Shown here in pieces: positions 1-9,966 of a stretch of DNA of 48,933 nt. The notes beneath the pieces are model-generated. The model had not been told where the DNA came from. It worked only from the letters and a program-made list of their open reading frames with translations, and made no database searches. Position numbers and translations under genes: made by a program. The DNA is from Gemmiger formicilis (GTDB taxonomy: Bacteria > Bacillota_I > Bacilli_A > RFN20 > CAG-826), in contig CAVDWX010000062.1 in the NCBI GenBank assembly GCA_963612735.1, positions 1-48,933 on the forward strand, given 5' to 3'. Position 1 is the stretch's first letter; every line of letters begins with the position of its first letter.

Positions 1-1535
1 TTCCTACCCTTGTTTATTACGGTTGCAATTGTTTTGTTTGGATAAACAGTCTCACGTGAATTAATTTTGTTATGTGCGTAGTCTAAAACCCTTAATTTTT
101 GATAAGGAAGATATAAATTCACTTCTTTTCCAAGATTCACTTTTTCTTCATTGTTTATTTTTAAGGCGTAATATCCATCTAATCCTTTTAACGAGAAATA
201 AAGAGCTTGATAATCAGTTTTTGGTTCAATAAATTCAAGTTTTGCATTGATTTTGAGCGAATTAGGAATTTCTTTAATTGAAATATAATCGGGTTTTATA
301 GCTAAATGAACATCATTAATAAAGGCAGTATCTAATAGATGATTAGTGTATTCTTCATCTAAAATTAATTGTTGATCTCCTAATAAAACAATGTCTTTAT
401 TTATTTTTACTAAGAATTCATTTTCATAAGGAATGCCATTTATCGATTTGTGATTGTCCTTATCAAATAGATAAACTTTATTCATATCGATATCAATATA
501 TATATCTTGATTGGCTTTTATCTTATTATTAAATGAAAGTTTTATTACAAATGGATCTTTCCTATTTTCCATGCTGCAATAGATGATGCTTTCATCTCCT
601 AGATGTTCAACAACATCAATATGCACTTTTATATTTCCCTCGTTAATTTTGATATGTTCAGGTCTTATACCTAATAATACTTTTTGTCCAATATAGTTCT
701 TATTTGATAATTCTTTTCTTTTAATATCAGGAAAAACAACTAATGCATTTTCATCATCATTTAGTTTGGCTTTTAGAATATCTCCATCTAAAGATAATTC
801 AGCATTAATGATATTCATTTGGGGTGAGCCTAAAAATGTTGCTACAAATAAATTACACGGATCTTCAAATAAAGTTACAGGGGTGTCTACCTGCTGAACG
901 AATCCATTTTTCATGACAACTATTCTGTTACCCATTGTCATAGCTTCAGTCTGATCGTGAGTTACATAAATAAAGGTGGTTTCTAATTTATCATGGAGTT
1001 TTGTAATTTCACTTCGCATTGAGACACGTAATTTTGCATCAAGATTTGATAACGGTTCATCTAAAAGGAAAACTTTTGGATGCCTAACAATTGTTCTTCC
1101 GAGTGCTACTCTTTGTCGTTGACCTCCTGATAAAGCTTTGGGTTTGCGAGTTAATAATTCTGATATTTCTAATATCTCCGCAGCTTTTTTTACTCTTTCG
1201 TCAATTTCTTCTTTAGGAATATGTCTTAATTTTAGTCCAAATGCCATGTTGTCATAGACTGTCATATGAGGATAAAGTGCATAGCTTTGAAAAACCATTG
1301 CTATATCTCTATTCTTCGGTTCTACTTCATTCATCAGTTCCCCGTCAATATATAATTGACCTGCTGTTATTTCTTCTAGCCCCGCAATCATTCGCAGCGT
1401 CGTTGATTTTCCACATCCAGATGGTCCAACAAAAACAATAAATTCTTTATCTTTTATTTCTAAATCAAAATCATTTACCGCTCTTACGCCCCCTTCATAT
1501 ACCTTGTAGACATGTCTTAATGTAACATCTGCCAT
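1..1535 (-). CDS. MalK/MsmK/UgpC-type carbohydrate ABC transporter ATP-binding protein, cut by the window edge (at least 511 codons), with an extra C-terminal TOBE-like extension
   Basis: Absent from the supplied ORF track because it has no stop in the window. ATG at complement(1533..1535) is preceded by GGGAGG about 9 nt upstream. My manual triplet scan found no in-frame stop down to nt 3. Translation starts MADVTLRHVYKVYEGG. It shows Walker A GPSGCGKST, signature LSGGQRQRVALGR, Walker B FLLDEPLSNLD and H-loop YVTHDQ. Confidence 0.9.
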   Translation of the reverse strand, partial: MADVTLRHVYKVYEGGVRAVNDFDLEIKDKEFIVFVGPSGCGKSTTLRMIAGLEEITAGQLYIDGELMNEVEPKNRDIAMVFQSYALYPHMTVYDNMAFGLKLRHIPKEEIDERVKKAAEILEISELLTRKPKALSGGQRQRVALGRTIVRHPKVFLLDEPLSNLDAKLRVSMRSEITKLHDKLETTFIYVTHDQTEAMTMGNRIVVMKNGFVQQVDTPVTLFEDPCNLFVATFLGSPQMNIINAELSLDGDILKAKLNDDENALVVFPDIKRKELSNKNYIGQKVLLGIRPEHIKINEGNIKVHIDVVEHLGDESIIYCSMENRKDPFVIKLSFNNKIKANQDIYIDIDMNKVYLFDKDNHKSINGIPYENEFLVKINKDIVLLGDQQLILDEEYTNHLLDTAFINDVHLAIKPDYISIKEIPNSLKINAKLEFIEPKTDYQALYFSLKGLDGYYALKINNEEKVNLGKEVNLYLPYQKLRVLDYAHNKINSRETVYPNKTIATVINKGR

Positions 1536-1539
1536 ATTG

Positions 1540-2400
1540 TTACGCCTCCCTATCTTTTTTATATAAACCTTTATTTACCATTTCAGGATAATGGTCTTTG
1601 TTGATATATTTATCAAATGCATTGTGAGCGATTAAAGTATATAAAATAATGACAACACTATTAAAAATTGCAAACAATAGTAAACCAATGATAAGTGTTA
1701 TTAAATTAAATAGCGATAAGGTTATTACGACCCCTGTTGATAATAGAAAAACTACAAAGATTTTCCAATTCAATAATCCAAGAAAAGAAAATGAATTTTT
1801 TAAAGTAATAATGTAACTATTTTTATAATAAACAGATTGAGTATAATTAAGCGCTATAATCATTCCAAAGAGTATAAAAATTAATATTAAAGCCCCTATT
1901 CCTATACCTCGAACAATATTATTTAGTGGCTGGTAAATTAAAAGATAACTGCATCCAACAATTAAACCGAATAGAGTAAGTGAAAATACGAACCCATTTA
2001 TCAGTGAATGCTTCCAATTTTCTTTTAAACCAGTAAAAAAGTCATTTGATAGAGCAATACCTTCCTGCCATACAATTTTCTTGCTGACATAGAACGCCCC
2101 ACCTAAGGCGACAAAACCAATGCATATGCAGGGAATCATGATAAGCATTGAATAAAAAATAAATGAAAATAAATATTCATACTTTTCATTTGCAATACTC
2201 ATCGATTCAAGAAAATTAAAATAAATTAAATCAATTACTAGCGGAATAAAAAACATGAATGTATAACATGACAATGCAAATAGATTCATTTTTCGATATT
2301 TGAGCAAATCAAAAAATAGTTCCTTTCTAGTTGATGGAAGTTCTTTTAAAACTTCTTTATCTGAGATTTGTTTTTCTTTCTTTTTCATTAAATGCCCCAT
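1540..2400 (-). CDS. polytopic membrane protein, possibly YesL/DUF624-like accessory protein of sugar ABC systems
   Basis: 286-aa ORF with about 6-7 hydrophobic segments, immediately upstream of the ATPase gene (4-nt gap). An alternative start at 2388 (MKKKEKQ) would give a TAATG-type 1-nt overlap with the upstream gene. The family assignment is by general resemblance only. Confidence 0.55.
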   Translation of the reverse strand: MGHLMKKKEKQISDKEVLKELPSTRKELFFDLLKYRKMNLFALSCYTFMFFIPLVIDLIYFNFLESMSIANEKYEYLFSFIFYSMLIMIPCICIGFVALGGAFYVSKKIVWQEGIALSNDFFTGLKENWKHSLINGFVFSLTLFGLIVGCSYLLIYQPLNNIVRGIGIGALILIFILFGMIIALNYTQSVYYKNSYIITLKNSFSFLGLLNWKIFVVFLLSTGVVITLSLFNLITLIIGLLLFAIFNSVVIILYTLIAHNAFDKYINKDHYPEMVNKGLYKKDREA

Positions 2401-2987
2401 TCTGATGCAATGTTTAACACTATGTCATGGTCTTTATTTCCTTTAGTGGAATATTGTCCTATGTTTTCACTTTTCTCATTTAGAAATAAATAGCATTCTT
2501 CATTTGGTAAAGTTATATATTTATCAATCGACTCATTATTTATTTTTATCCCGTAGCGACCATTGTCTTGACTATAAAAATGATATGACGGATAGCATGT
2601 TTGTATTAGCTCCTCATTTAATTCCAAGGCAAAACTAGAGACATTGATATCGTTACAAATTGATAGAGGTATTATTAAGATATCGGAAGAATTATATCCA
2701 GGAACGCTTAATTTGGTTCGATAGTTTGCATCGTCTATTCTACTTGAAATGATTGTTATACTTTTTAACTCTTTTTCTTTGTATTTATCGAATAATTCTT
2801 CCTTAAGACCATTATCATCTTTTACTTCCCCACTTATAAAGAGAGTTAATGTTTGATAAGCAGGTAATCGATGAGTAAAACTGAAAATAAAATTCATTAA
2901 TAAAACTACAATTAAGGCTGAGACAATATAATATGGCCATGTATATCTTATTGTATTTAATAAACGCTTTCTTTTAACGCTATTCAT
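2388..2987 (-). CDS. hypothetical membrane-anchored protein (one N-terminal TM helix plus about 150-aa extracytoplasmic domain)
   Basis: 199-aa ORF. The basic N-terminus is followed by one hydrophobic helix (YYIVSALIVVLLMNFIFSF). Both ends overlap neighbouring genes (ATGA overlap at 2984..2987). I recognise no family. Confidence 0.55.
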   Translation of the reverse strand: MNSVKRKRLLNTIRYTWPYYIVSALIVVLLMNFIFSFTHRLPAYQTLTLFISGEVKDDNGLKEELFDKYKEKELKSITIISSRIDDANYRTKLSVPGYNSSDILIIPLSICNDINVSSFALELNEELIQTCYPSYHFYSQDNGRYGIKINNESIDKYITLPNEECYLFLNEKSENIGQYSTKGNKDHDIVLNIASEWGI

Positions 2988-3469
2988 TGATGAATCTCCG
3001 CTTCAATTAAGATTCTTTGGTATGTTTGTATAGTTAATTTATCACCTTGTACATAATTTAATTTTGTTTGACAATAGATGACTTTTTCTATTTGTTCTAA
3101 TCCGTATTGATAAAATACATGAATTGGATAAACATATAGCCCATTAATGTAATTTAAATCATCACTACATTTAATATATTCGACTTCTTGTTGTTCTTTT
3201 ATCCCACTGCCAAAATTCTTAAAAAAACGATAGCGTTTATTTATTTCTTGATAAGTTGTGGTAAAAAAATAAATAGAAAACCAAATGAAAAGGACACTTA
3301 TAATTATAGAAACAATCAAATTCAATCTATAATCTTGCCCAGCCTTGAAAACTAAGAAGACATCACTTATTAATACAATTGAAAAAAGTAAGGCAAAAAA
3401 TAAAGATGATATAAGCATTCTATTTTTTGATTTTTGATATTCATAAGCGGTGTCTAAATAATAGTTCAT
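2984..3469 (-). CDS. hypothetical membrane protein (two TM helices plus C-terminal soluble domain)
   Basis: 161-aa ORF with two hydrophobic helices (LISSLFFALLFSIVLISDVFLVF and LIVSIIISVLFIWFSIYFF). It has a TGA stop at 2984..2986. It starts 2 nt after the upstream esterase gene ends. Confidence 0.55.
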   Translation of the reverse strand: MNYYLDTAYEYQKSKNRMLISSLFFALLFSIVLISDVFLVFKAGQDYRLNLIVSIIISVLFIWFSIYFFTTTYQEINKRYRFFKNFGSGIKEQQEVEYIKCSDDLNYINGLYVYPIHVFYQYGLEQIEKVIYCQTKLNYVQGDKLTIQTYQRILIEAEIHQ

Positions 3470-3471
3470 AA

Positions 3472-4752
3472 TTAGTCTTTATTTAATCCATTTATAATCG
3501 ATTCTTTTATTTTGGCGCCCCATATGACATAGCCATATAAAGACAAATGTAAACCATCAGTTCTAAAATAAGCAGCATTTGGCTCGCCATTTTCTTTTAA
3601 TAGAGCAGTTCCAGGATTAATTAAAGTTAACCAATCATTATTTTGTTGGTATTCAATTACTTTAGTGTTGATAGCGTTAATTGTTTCAAAATAATTGGTA
3701 TATCCTGGTATAAGATTCATCATGATATATTGTATTTTTGTATTGGGTAATGCTTCATGAGTGTGATTAAAGAAATTTTCGAGATTATTCCATATAGTTT
3801 TAACATCTTGTTTTGAATTGATAACATTGTTAATTCCAACATAATATACGACCATTTTTGGTTTATATGGATAAACTAAACGAGCGTTTAATTTCTCATC
3901 CCATTCTTCTATTGTGGTTCCACCTATGCCATGATTAAAACTAATAATTGGATCCAAATCTTCTCTAGAGGTAGTCCAAAATTCAATTGAAGATGAACCT
4001 GCAAGCATGACATGATAATTGTCTTCTTCTAGAGCGTTTTGTTCATATTTTGAAGCTTTTGTTTCATAGGAAGAATTACTTAGTTTAAGATTATTGCTGT
4101 TATCTTTGACAACGATGATTTCTATTTCATCTCCGCACTCAATCTTGATTTTATTATTTTCGTATGTAGCGGTTATAGTCTTATCTTCTTTAACCCGATA
4201 TTCCATTAATGGAAGTATATTGTCCTTATTGGCCTCTAGTTTCGCTAATGCCGCTTTTGGGAGCTTAATTAAATTATCTTCAATTTCAAAATTCATAATA
4301 GATTCAATTTCATAAGATGAAGAAGCTCCACTTGGCAAAACTGTAGATGGTGGATTATATATTGGCTCCCCATCATCCTTTTTACTTGCATAATTCCATT
4401 TAGCGTAAAGTCTCATATTTTTCGTAACTTTGTCGTTTATAAAATCCCATTCCGTTATGCATTCCTCTTCATTAAACCAACCGTTAAATTCATAATTTTT
4501 CCTTATTGGGTCACTTGGCTTTTCAATAAGAGAATTTTCTTTAACAGAGATAGTTTGATAAAGAAGATTATTTCCTTTTCCCTTAAAATCCGTGGATAAG
4601 GTGAATTCTTCTCTTAGATAGTTTGAAAAGAAATCGACATAATAAGTCTTATCTTCCATTGCATTAGTTCCTTTTATAATTTTGTTTGGCATCAATAATG
4701 AAGTTGTTAAACACATCCCTATAATTAGAGGAAAAATTATTTTTTTAAACAT
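3472..4752 (-). CDS. secreted or membrane-anchored SGNH/GDSL-family esterase with an N-terminal Listeria-Bacteroides repeat domain (probable carbohydrate acetylesterase)
   Basis: N-terminal hydrophobic signal or anchor. Flg_new-type repeat YEFNGWFNEEECITEWDFINDKVTKNMRLYAKW. SGNH blocks are present: VMLAGSSSIEFW (I), GIGGTT (II), YYVGINN (III) and DGLHLS (V). Confidence 0.75.
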   Translation of the reverse strand: MFKKIIFPLIIGMCLTTSLLMPNKIIKGTNAMEDKTYYVDFFSNYLREEFTLSTDFKGKGNNLLYQTISVKENSLIEKPSDPIRKNYEFNGWFNEEECITEWDFINDKVTKNMRLYAKWNYASKKDDGEPIYNPPSTVLPSGASSSYEIESIMNFEIEDNLIKLPKAALAKLEANKDNILPLMEYRVKEDKTITATYENNKIKIECGDEIEIIVVKDNSNNLKLSNSSYETKASKYEQNALEEDNYHVMLAGSSSIEFWTTSREDLDPIISFNHGIGGTTIEEWDEKLNARLVYPYKPKMVVYYVGINNVINSKQDVKTIWNNLENFFNHTHEALPNTKIQYIMMNLIPGYTNYFETINAINTKVIEYQQNNDWLTLINPGTALLKENGEPNAAYFRTDGLHLSLYGYVIWGAKIKESIINGLNKD

Positions 4753-5767
4753 GGCATTCCTCCTTCAAATAATCGAGTAATTCTTTTTCATTGATAGTGG
4801 CTAAACAAATTACTTTATCACCCGCTCCATAATATATGAATAATGTTCCATTTTTATTTACAACAGCGGTTGGGAATACACACCCATTATAATAACCATT
4901 TGTTTCATATTCTTGTTCTGGTTCCATCAAGAAATCTTTGGTTCTTGCTATTATTTGTAGTGGGTTATTTAAGTCTAGCAGAATTGCTCCTACTCGATAT
5001 GCATCATCTTTTTTACAGACGCCGTGATATAAGATTAACCACCCTTCACTTGTCTTGATAGGAGCAGTGCCCACTCCAATTTTTTTATTTTCCCAATTCG
5101 TTTGGCCCTTCATTAATAAGGTGTAATTATTCCAAGATAACAAATCATCGCTACTCGATATCCATATTGCGGGATTTTCGTTTTCATAACCTTTGCCACA
5201 TCTTTCCATGGCTCTTGAAAGCATGTAATATTTTCCATTTATTTGTTCAGGGAAAATAACTACATCTCTATCATCGTAATGAGGATCAGTAATGGGACCT
5301 AATTTTTTCCATTTTTTTAAGTCTTTTGATATCGCTAGATGAGTCAGTGTATTGTTATAAACTAATACTTTTGGTCCGTATTGAGGTTTGAAACCAAAAT
5401 CTTGTTTATCTTCTCTCCAATATTGTCCTGGTGGAAATGGTCTAGAAGCATATGTTAGATAAAAATAATCACCCATTTTAATTAATCGTGGATCTTCGCA
5501 TCCACCTGCATCCAACCCATTTGGATCACCACTTAATAATGGAACATTACTTTCTCTTTTAAAATTAAAGCCGTCTTTGCTAGTTGCTAAACCAAGGTGA
5601 ATTAGATGTGTTTTGTCGTTTCCTGCTGCGCGATATAGCATATAAAAAGTATCATCTAAATCATTATAGATAACGGCTGGATTTAAAACGCACAGTTCTT
5701 CCCACTGGTTATTAGAATTAGCTTTTAATATAGGATTATTTTCATATTTTTTAAATTTCATAAACAT
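4745..5767 (-). CDS. GH130 (DUF377) beta-mannoside phosphorylase or hydrolase, cytoplasmic
   Basis: No signal peptide. GH130-type motifs are present: ENNPIL, WEELCVLNPAVIY, FYMLYRA, CEDPRLIKMGDYFYLTYA, WLILYHGV and LFIYYGAGD. Phosphorylase and hydrolase cannot be told apart by eye. Confidence 0.85.
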   Translation of the reverse strand: MFMKFKKYENNPILKANSNNQWEELCVLNPAVIYNDLDDTFYMLYRAAGNDKTHLIHLGLATSKDGFNFKRESNVPLLSGDPNGLDAGGCEDPRLIKMGDYFYLTYASRPFPPGQYWREDKQDFGFKPQYGPKVLVYNNTLTHLAISKDLKKWKKLGPITDPHYDDRDVVIFPEQINGKYYMLSRAMERCGKGYENENPAIWISSSDDLLSWNNYTLLMKGQTNWENKKIGVGTAPIKTSEGWLILYHGVCKKDDAYRVGAILLDLNNPLQIIARTKDFLMEPEQEYETNGYYNGCVFPTAVVNKNGTLFIYYGAGDKVICLATINEKELLDYLKEECHV

Positions 5768-5772
5768 TACCT

Positions 5773-8424
5773 CTAATCTATCAATGTTTTGGTATTTGTA
5801 CTATATGAGATGTTTTTCAAAAGCCTGATGTTATCGATATAAATATCACTTTCGGTATAAGAGTTATTTACAATACCAAACGATATAGATTCAATGTTTC
5901 TAGCACTACTCATGGTAATGGTTTTATTGCTTCCATTTGCATCTTTAAATAATTCAAATCCAATTTCATAATGTGACCAACTAGATGAAACGTTGTTTAA
6001 AGAGCATCTCATTTTTAATAAAGATGTGCCCACTCGCCAATTTAAATTGATGTAGATGGTGGCTTTATCATCACCTTTTATATCAATTGAAAATCCCTTT
6101 GCAGTAACGCTACTAGCGAATTGAGTATTTCTGATATATGAGACAGAGTCCGTTCCTTTATAGTGCATTCTTATAGATTTAGTCCCACCAATTGAAGAGA
6201 CATCGTTAGCTAAATACAACCCATTATAATCTTTGTTGTATCCATAACTCCAATTGTCAAATATGCTGTTATCATCACTATAATCTTCGAATGTGTCGAT
6301 GGTAATTTTATTGTTATCTTCTTCATCTTCCTTGATATTACCTGTTATTTCTGTAATTGATGTTTCTACATTTGACTTAAAATAGATTTCATCAACATAT
6401 ACTGGATTTGCGCTAGTATAAACTGGATAGTGGCTACCTACTTTATCGTAATATAGATATTTAAATCCAAATGCCATATGAATAATGTGCGAACAATCTA
6501 ATGGTTTAGGATTGTCAAAGAGAGAAGAGGCATTAATCAACTCAAAATCCTTGAAAGCAATTGTGTAATTATTCCACTCTTTATTTACTTTCATGATGGT
6601 GTAGCGATACCATTCACCGGTATCTAAAGTTAATTGGATAGTCATTTCAGCAGCGACATCTTCCTCGTTAAGATATGAAAACATGGAATCATCTGATTTA
6701 TTTGATGCATCTTTTAACCATAGGGATAATGAATATTTATCCGTCAATGATGAGGTGTCTAAATAGATTTGATAAACAGCTTGTTCCATATCGGATTTGT
6801 AGTCAAATTCAGCACAGTAAAGATTAGAATTATTTCCTGCCTTATGTATATTGTCTAACATTATTGATTCATCTTTATTGTTTACGCTTGGTTCCCAATA
6901 ATAATACATTTCAGTATAAAGATTATAACTATCAAAATTGTCGATACAGCCATCACTATTTACCACTCTAGTGCGATTTGAAACTACATCATCTATTTTT
7001 ATTATTTCTAAATCCTTTATTGACAAAGTTCCAGTGCTATAATTGTCCGCCAAACCGATATTGAATTTTTGGATATAATAGAATTGCTTGCTCCCATCTC
7101 CATTCATATAATCGGTTCGTTGAAATGCTTTAAATGGAATAATTATTTCTTTATAATCGTCTTTTATCAAATATGAGAATGATAATTTAAATTGCCACCT
7201 ATCGTTATCTTCTTCCAATATTCTAAAATAGAAAACTGAATTTGATGATGAGCCAGTATATTTAACATTCATTCTTATTGCATCACCTTGTGAGAAGAAC
7301 TTGTAAACATTGACATTTTGAAATCCGTATCCAGAAAATCCATTGGGATTGGTTTCAGTATTTTTAGCTTTATAGCTTAGAGTTAATTCGCTGCCATCTT
7401 CAGATATTATTTTTTCAAAATCAAAGTTTTCATATGTCCATTCTTTATTATCTGTATCATTGAAATTCATCTTTTTAATAAACATTTGCTGGTAATTTTC
7501 ATATTTTACAGCTTTTATATTTGATATTAAGCAAACTCCATCTCCAAATGTTCTTTCAAATACTATTTCAAAATAACGAATGTGTTGCCAATCGAATTTT
7601 CGATTATAAATATTGGTTCCAACAGTTCTAAGTTCAAACTCGTCATAGCGGAGTAAAACTGTTTGCTTTGCGTTATTAGAAATTTGAATTTGCTTATGCC
7701 AATATTCTCCATCATCATCTAAAACTCTTATTAGCACATTTGCGTCGTGCCCTGAATAATAGAAATTGAGATAAAAAGAATCAGTTCCATATAATTCTTT
7801 ATCTTCGTTTTTAGTAATGACAATCCATCCATCACTGTCAGGTTTACCTGAATTAGTTTGTTCTTTATCAAATACAATTGCTAATGAATTTTCATTGTTA
7901 TTAAAGAAATTTGTTCTATCTATTGAAACTGTGGCTTGACTTCCTTCCTTGTGCACTGTCCAGTCTTGTTCATCTTCAATTTTAATAGGAATTTCTTCAA
8001 TTTTTTTTGAAGCAAAAAAGAAATTATTAACGCTTTTGCTTTTCTTAGTGTGGTCTTTATTAAAGGCAGTCACCTTCCAAAAATAATTAATGCCTTTTGT
8101 TGGCAAATTGAAATTTAAAACATATTTATTGGATGATAAGTTACTTTCTTTAACATATATTTCATCCTCGTCGTTACTTATAAATTCATTGGTACTCGCT
8201 AATTCTAATTGATAATATTCCGCATTTGAGGCTTCTTCCCATGTAAAAGTAAATCCAGAATCGGTATTAAAACCATTTTGTGGTCCGGTTAAATCAAATT
8301 CACCAATTTCGCCACTTTTTCTTTCACCTTCAACACTATATTTGCTATATGATGAATTGCTGATTGAAGAGCATCCTGTTATAAGAAGTGGAAATAGTAA
8401 TATAGCTAGATATTTCTTTTTCAT
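5773..8424 (-). CDS. 883-aa surface lipoprotein with an Fn3-like segment and about four CBM-like beta-sandwich modules (putative glycan-binding protein)
   Basis: Lipobox LLITGCSS. Segment FTFTWEEASNAEYYQLELAS. Repeated module openings IEDEQDWTV, MNFNDTDNKEWTY, CIDNFDSYNLY and TIDTFEDYSDD resemble CBM11/CIA30-like modules. No catalytic motif seen. Confidence 0.75.
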   Translation of the reverse strand: MKKKYLAILLFPLLITGCSSISNSSYSKYSVEGERKSGEIGEFDLTGPQNGFNTDSGFTFTWEEASNAEYYQLELASTNEFISNDEDEIYVKESNLSSNKYVLNFNLPTKGINYFWKVTAFNKDHTKKSKSVNNFFFASKKIEEIPIKIEDEQDWTVHKEGSQATVSIDRTNFFNNNENSLAIVFDKEQTNSGKPDSDGWIVITKNEDKELYGTDSFYLNFYYSGHDANVLIRVLDDDGEYWHKQIQISNNAKQTVLLRYDEFELRTVGTNIYNRKFDWQHIRYFEIVFERTFGDGVCLISNIKAVKYENYQQMFIKKMNFNDTDNKEWTYENFDFEKIISEDGSELTLSYKAKNTETNPNGFSGYGFQNVNVYKFFSQGDAIRMNVKYTGSSSNSVFYFRILEEDNDRWQFKLSFSYLIKDDYKEIIIPFKAFQRTDYMNGDGSKQFYYIQKFNIGLADNYSTGTLSIKDLEIIKIDDVVSNRTRVVNSDGCIDNFDSYNLYTEMYYYWEPSVNNKDESIMLDNIHKAGNNSNLYCAEFDYKSDMEQAVYQIYLDTSSLTDKYSLSLWLKDASNKSDDSMFSYLNEEDVAAEMTIQLTLDTGEWYRYTIMKVNKEWNNYTIAFKDFELINASSLFDNPKPLDCSHIIHMAFGFKYLYYDKVGSHYPVYTSANPVYVDEIYFKSNVETSITEITGNIKEDEEDNNKITIDTFEDYSDDNSIFDNWSYGYNKDYNGLYLANDVSSIGGTKSIRMHYKGTDSVSYIRNTQFASSVTAKGFSIDIKGDDKATIYINLNWRVGTSLLKMRCSLNNVSSSWSHYEIGFELFKDANGSNKTITMSSARNIESISFGIVNNSYTESDIYIDNIRLLKNISYSTNTKTLID

Positions 8425-8426
8425 AA

Positions 8427-9962
8427 TTATAATTCCTTAGTGGATAAGATAACCATCGTATTGCTTGGAATAGATATTTGAATTTCTTCCCTTAAACTTG
8501 CTTTTATTATCAAGTTTTCTTTAACAAAGCCATCTTCACCAATTTTTAATTCATTTTCATTATAAATATAAACATAAATTTTGTCTGAATCGGTAAATTC
8601 TTCATCTATTCGAAAAGTTTTAGTTACCGCTTTTATGCTTCTATTTATAGCCACTATTCCGCCATAATCTTTATTTGGTCCAATAATTCCTATGCTTCTA
8701 AAGGTATTATCTATTTCTGGATTATTTGAATCTGTATCAATAATAGTGCTTCCTTTTCTCAATAAATTAGTTAATAGTACGCTTGAATGATACCATGGAC
8801 GTAGTTTTTGTTTACTAGCACTGTCGGTATTTAATGACGAAAACATTCCCCACCCTTTAGTTATAGTGGTGCCATCAGATAGATACATAAAGTGCATTGC
8901 ATCATCGAAATCCCAGTATACAATTGATGAAACACCCGAAATACAACATTGTAAGGTGTAGTCCGCCATACGAAGTCCATATGAAAAATTAGAAATAAAG
9001 GCATTGCTATCAGTTTCTTGATTTTTACCATCAAATAATCCAGCTTCCCAAATATGAGGCATGCGACTAATGCCTAGCTCCGGATCATTCTTCTTTATTT
9101 CTTTGCTCATTTCTTTAATACGTGTGGCTAAATCTCCGGTATCAATAGTCATATTAGGGCAATAAATATGAAAACCATAATCACCCACTTTGTTTCTTAT
9201 AGATTCATCGATTGAGATGTTAGTAAAATATTCATTAGTGCCATCAAATCCTGTAGTATCTCCACCAACGATTTTTATATAGTTGAAACCTCTATTATCT
9301 AATTCTTGCCTAACATTTTTAATGCCTTCAGCCCATTTTTCAAAGGTGTTATTATAATTTTTGCTTTTGCCTTCCACTCCTGTATAATTTGGTTCATTTG
9401 AATTAACAAAATATTTTATACATCTAATGCCTTGCTTTTTAATTAGATATTCAATGACATCTCCTGTCATTTTTGCCCACCTTATGTCACTAGTAACTTC
9501 AGTAAACATGTCATATTCATCGCTAGTTAAACTGCCTGGGACATTCCAACACCCAAAAGCGACTTCGATATTATGATCATCGCAATATCGGAGAATATCG
9601 ATTGTGTTATTCATATATTTGTTAGCAAAATTATATTCCCAAGTATCGTTGGTTTTATCTTTATCGCCTTTATCATCGTAGTTAGTTATAAACCAGTCAT
9701 AATTGAGCATGCATCGCGTCACTTGTGGGGACAATCTATCCATTATTTTTAATGACCTTGACCATGAATCAGTTGACAATTTATCTGGATCTTCGTATGT
9801 TCCCCATTCAACACCCAAACCTTCAAAACTGTCTAAAACAACGTTCTTTTTTGTAAAAACGATGTTACTTGTATCGATTTTTTTATTATTTTGGCACCCC
9901 ATAATTGATATTAAAGATGTTAATAATATTGGCAATGTTAAATAATTTTTCTTTTTATTCAT
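8427..9962 (-). CDS. lipoprotein glycoside hydrolase, clan GH-A TIM barrel (GH5-like), probable extracellular endo-glycanase
   Basis: Lipobox LISIMGCQ. Acid/base-type NEP in FVNSNEPNY. Candidate nucleophile Glu in HIWEAGL. Family and specificity (for example beta-mannanase) are not assignable by eye. Confidence 0.65.
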   Translation of the reverse strand: MNKKKNYLTLPILLTSLISIMGCQNNKKIDTSNIVFTKKNVVLDSFEGLGVEWGTYEDPDKLSTDSWSRSLKIMDRLSPQVTRCMLNYDWFITNYDDKGDKDKTNDTWEYNFANKYMNNTIDILRYCDDHNIEVAFGCWNVPGSLTSDEYDMFTEVTSDIRWAKMTGDVIEYLIKKQGIRCIKYFVNSNEPNYTGVEGKSKNYNNTFEKWAEGIKNVRQELDNRGFNYIKIVGGDTTGFDGTNEYFTNISIDESIRNKVGDYGFHIYCPNMTIDTGDLATRIKEMSKEIKKNDPELGISRMPHIWEAGLFDGKNQETDSNAFISNFSYGLRMADYTLQCCISGVSSIVYWDFDDAMHFMYLSDGTTITKGWGMFSSLNTDSASKQKLRPWYHSSVLLTNLLRKGSTIIDTDSNNPEIDNTFRSIGIIGPNKDYGGIVAINRSIKAVTKTFRIDEEFTDSDKIYVYIYNENELKIGEDGFVKENLIIKASLREEIQISIPSNTMVILSTKEL

Positions 9963-9966
9963 AACA

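Noticed and set aside
1241-1441. 66-aa plus-strand ORF from the track
   Set aside because: It lies entirely antisense within the ABC ATPase gene (Walker A and signature-motif region). It is low-complexity, has no RBS, and the ATPase frame is unambiguous.
4094-5058. Plus-strand ORFs 4094..4315 and 4843..5058
   Set aside because: They are antisense shadows inside the SGNH esterase and GH130 genes. Hydrophobic Leu/Ser/Phe-rich translations of this kind are typical of the reverse frame of AT-rich genes.
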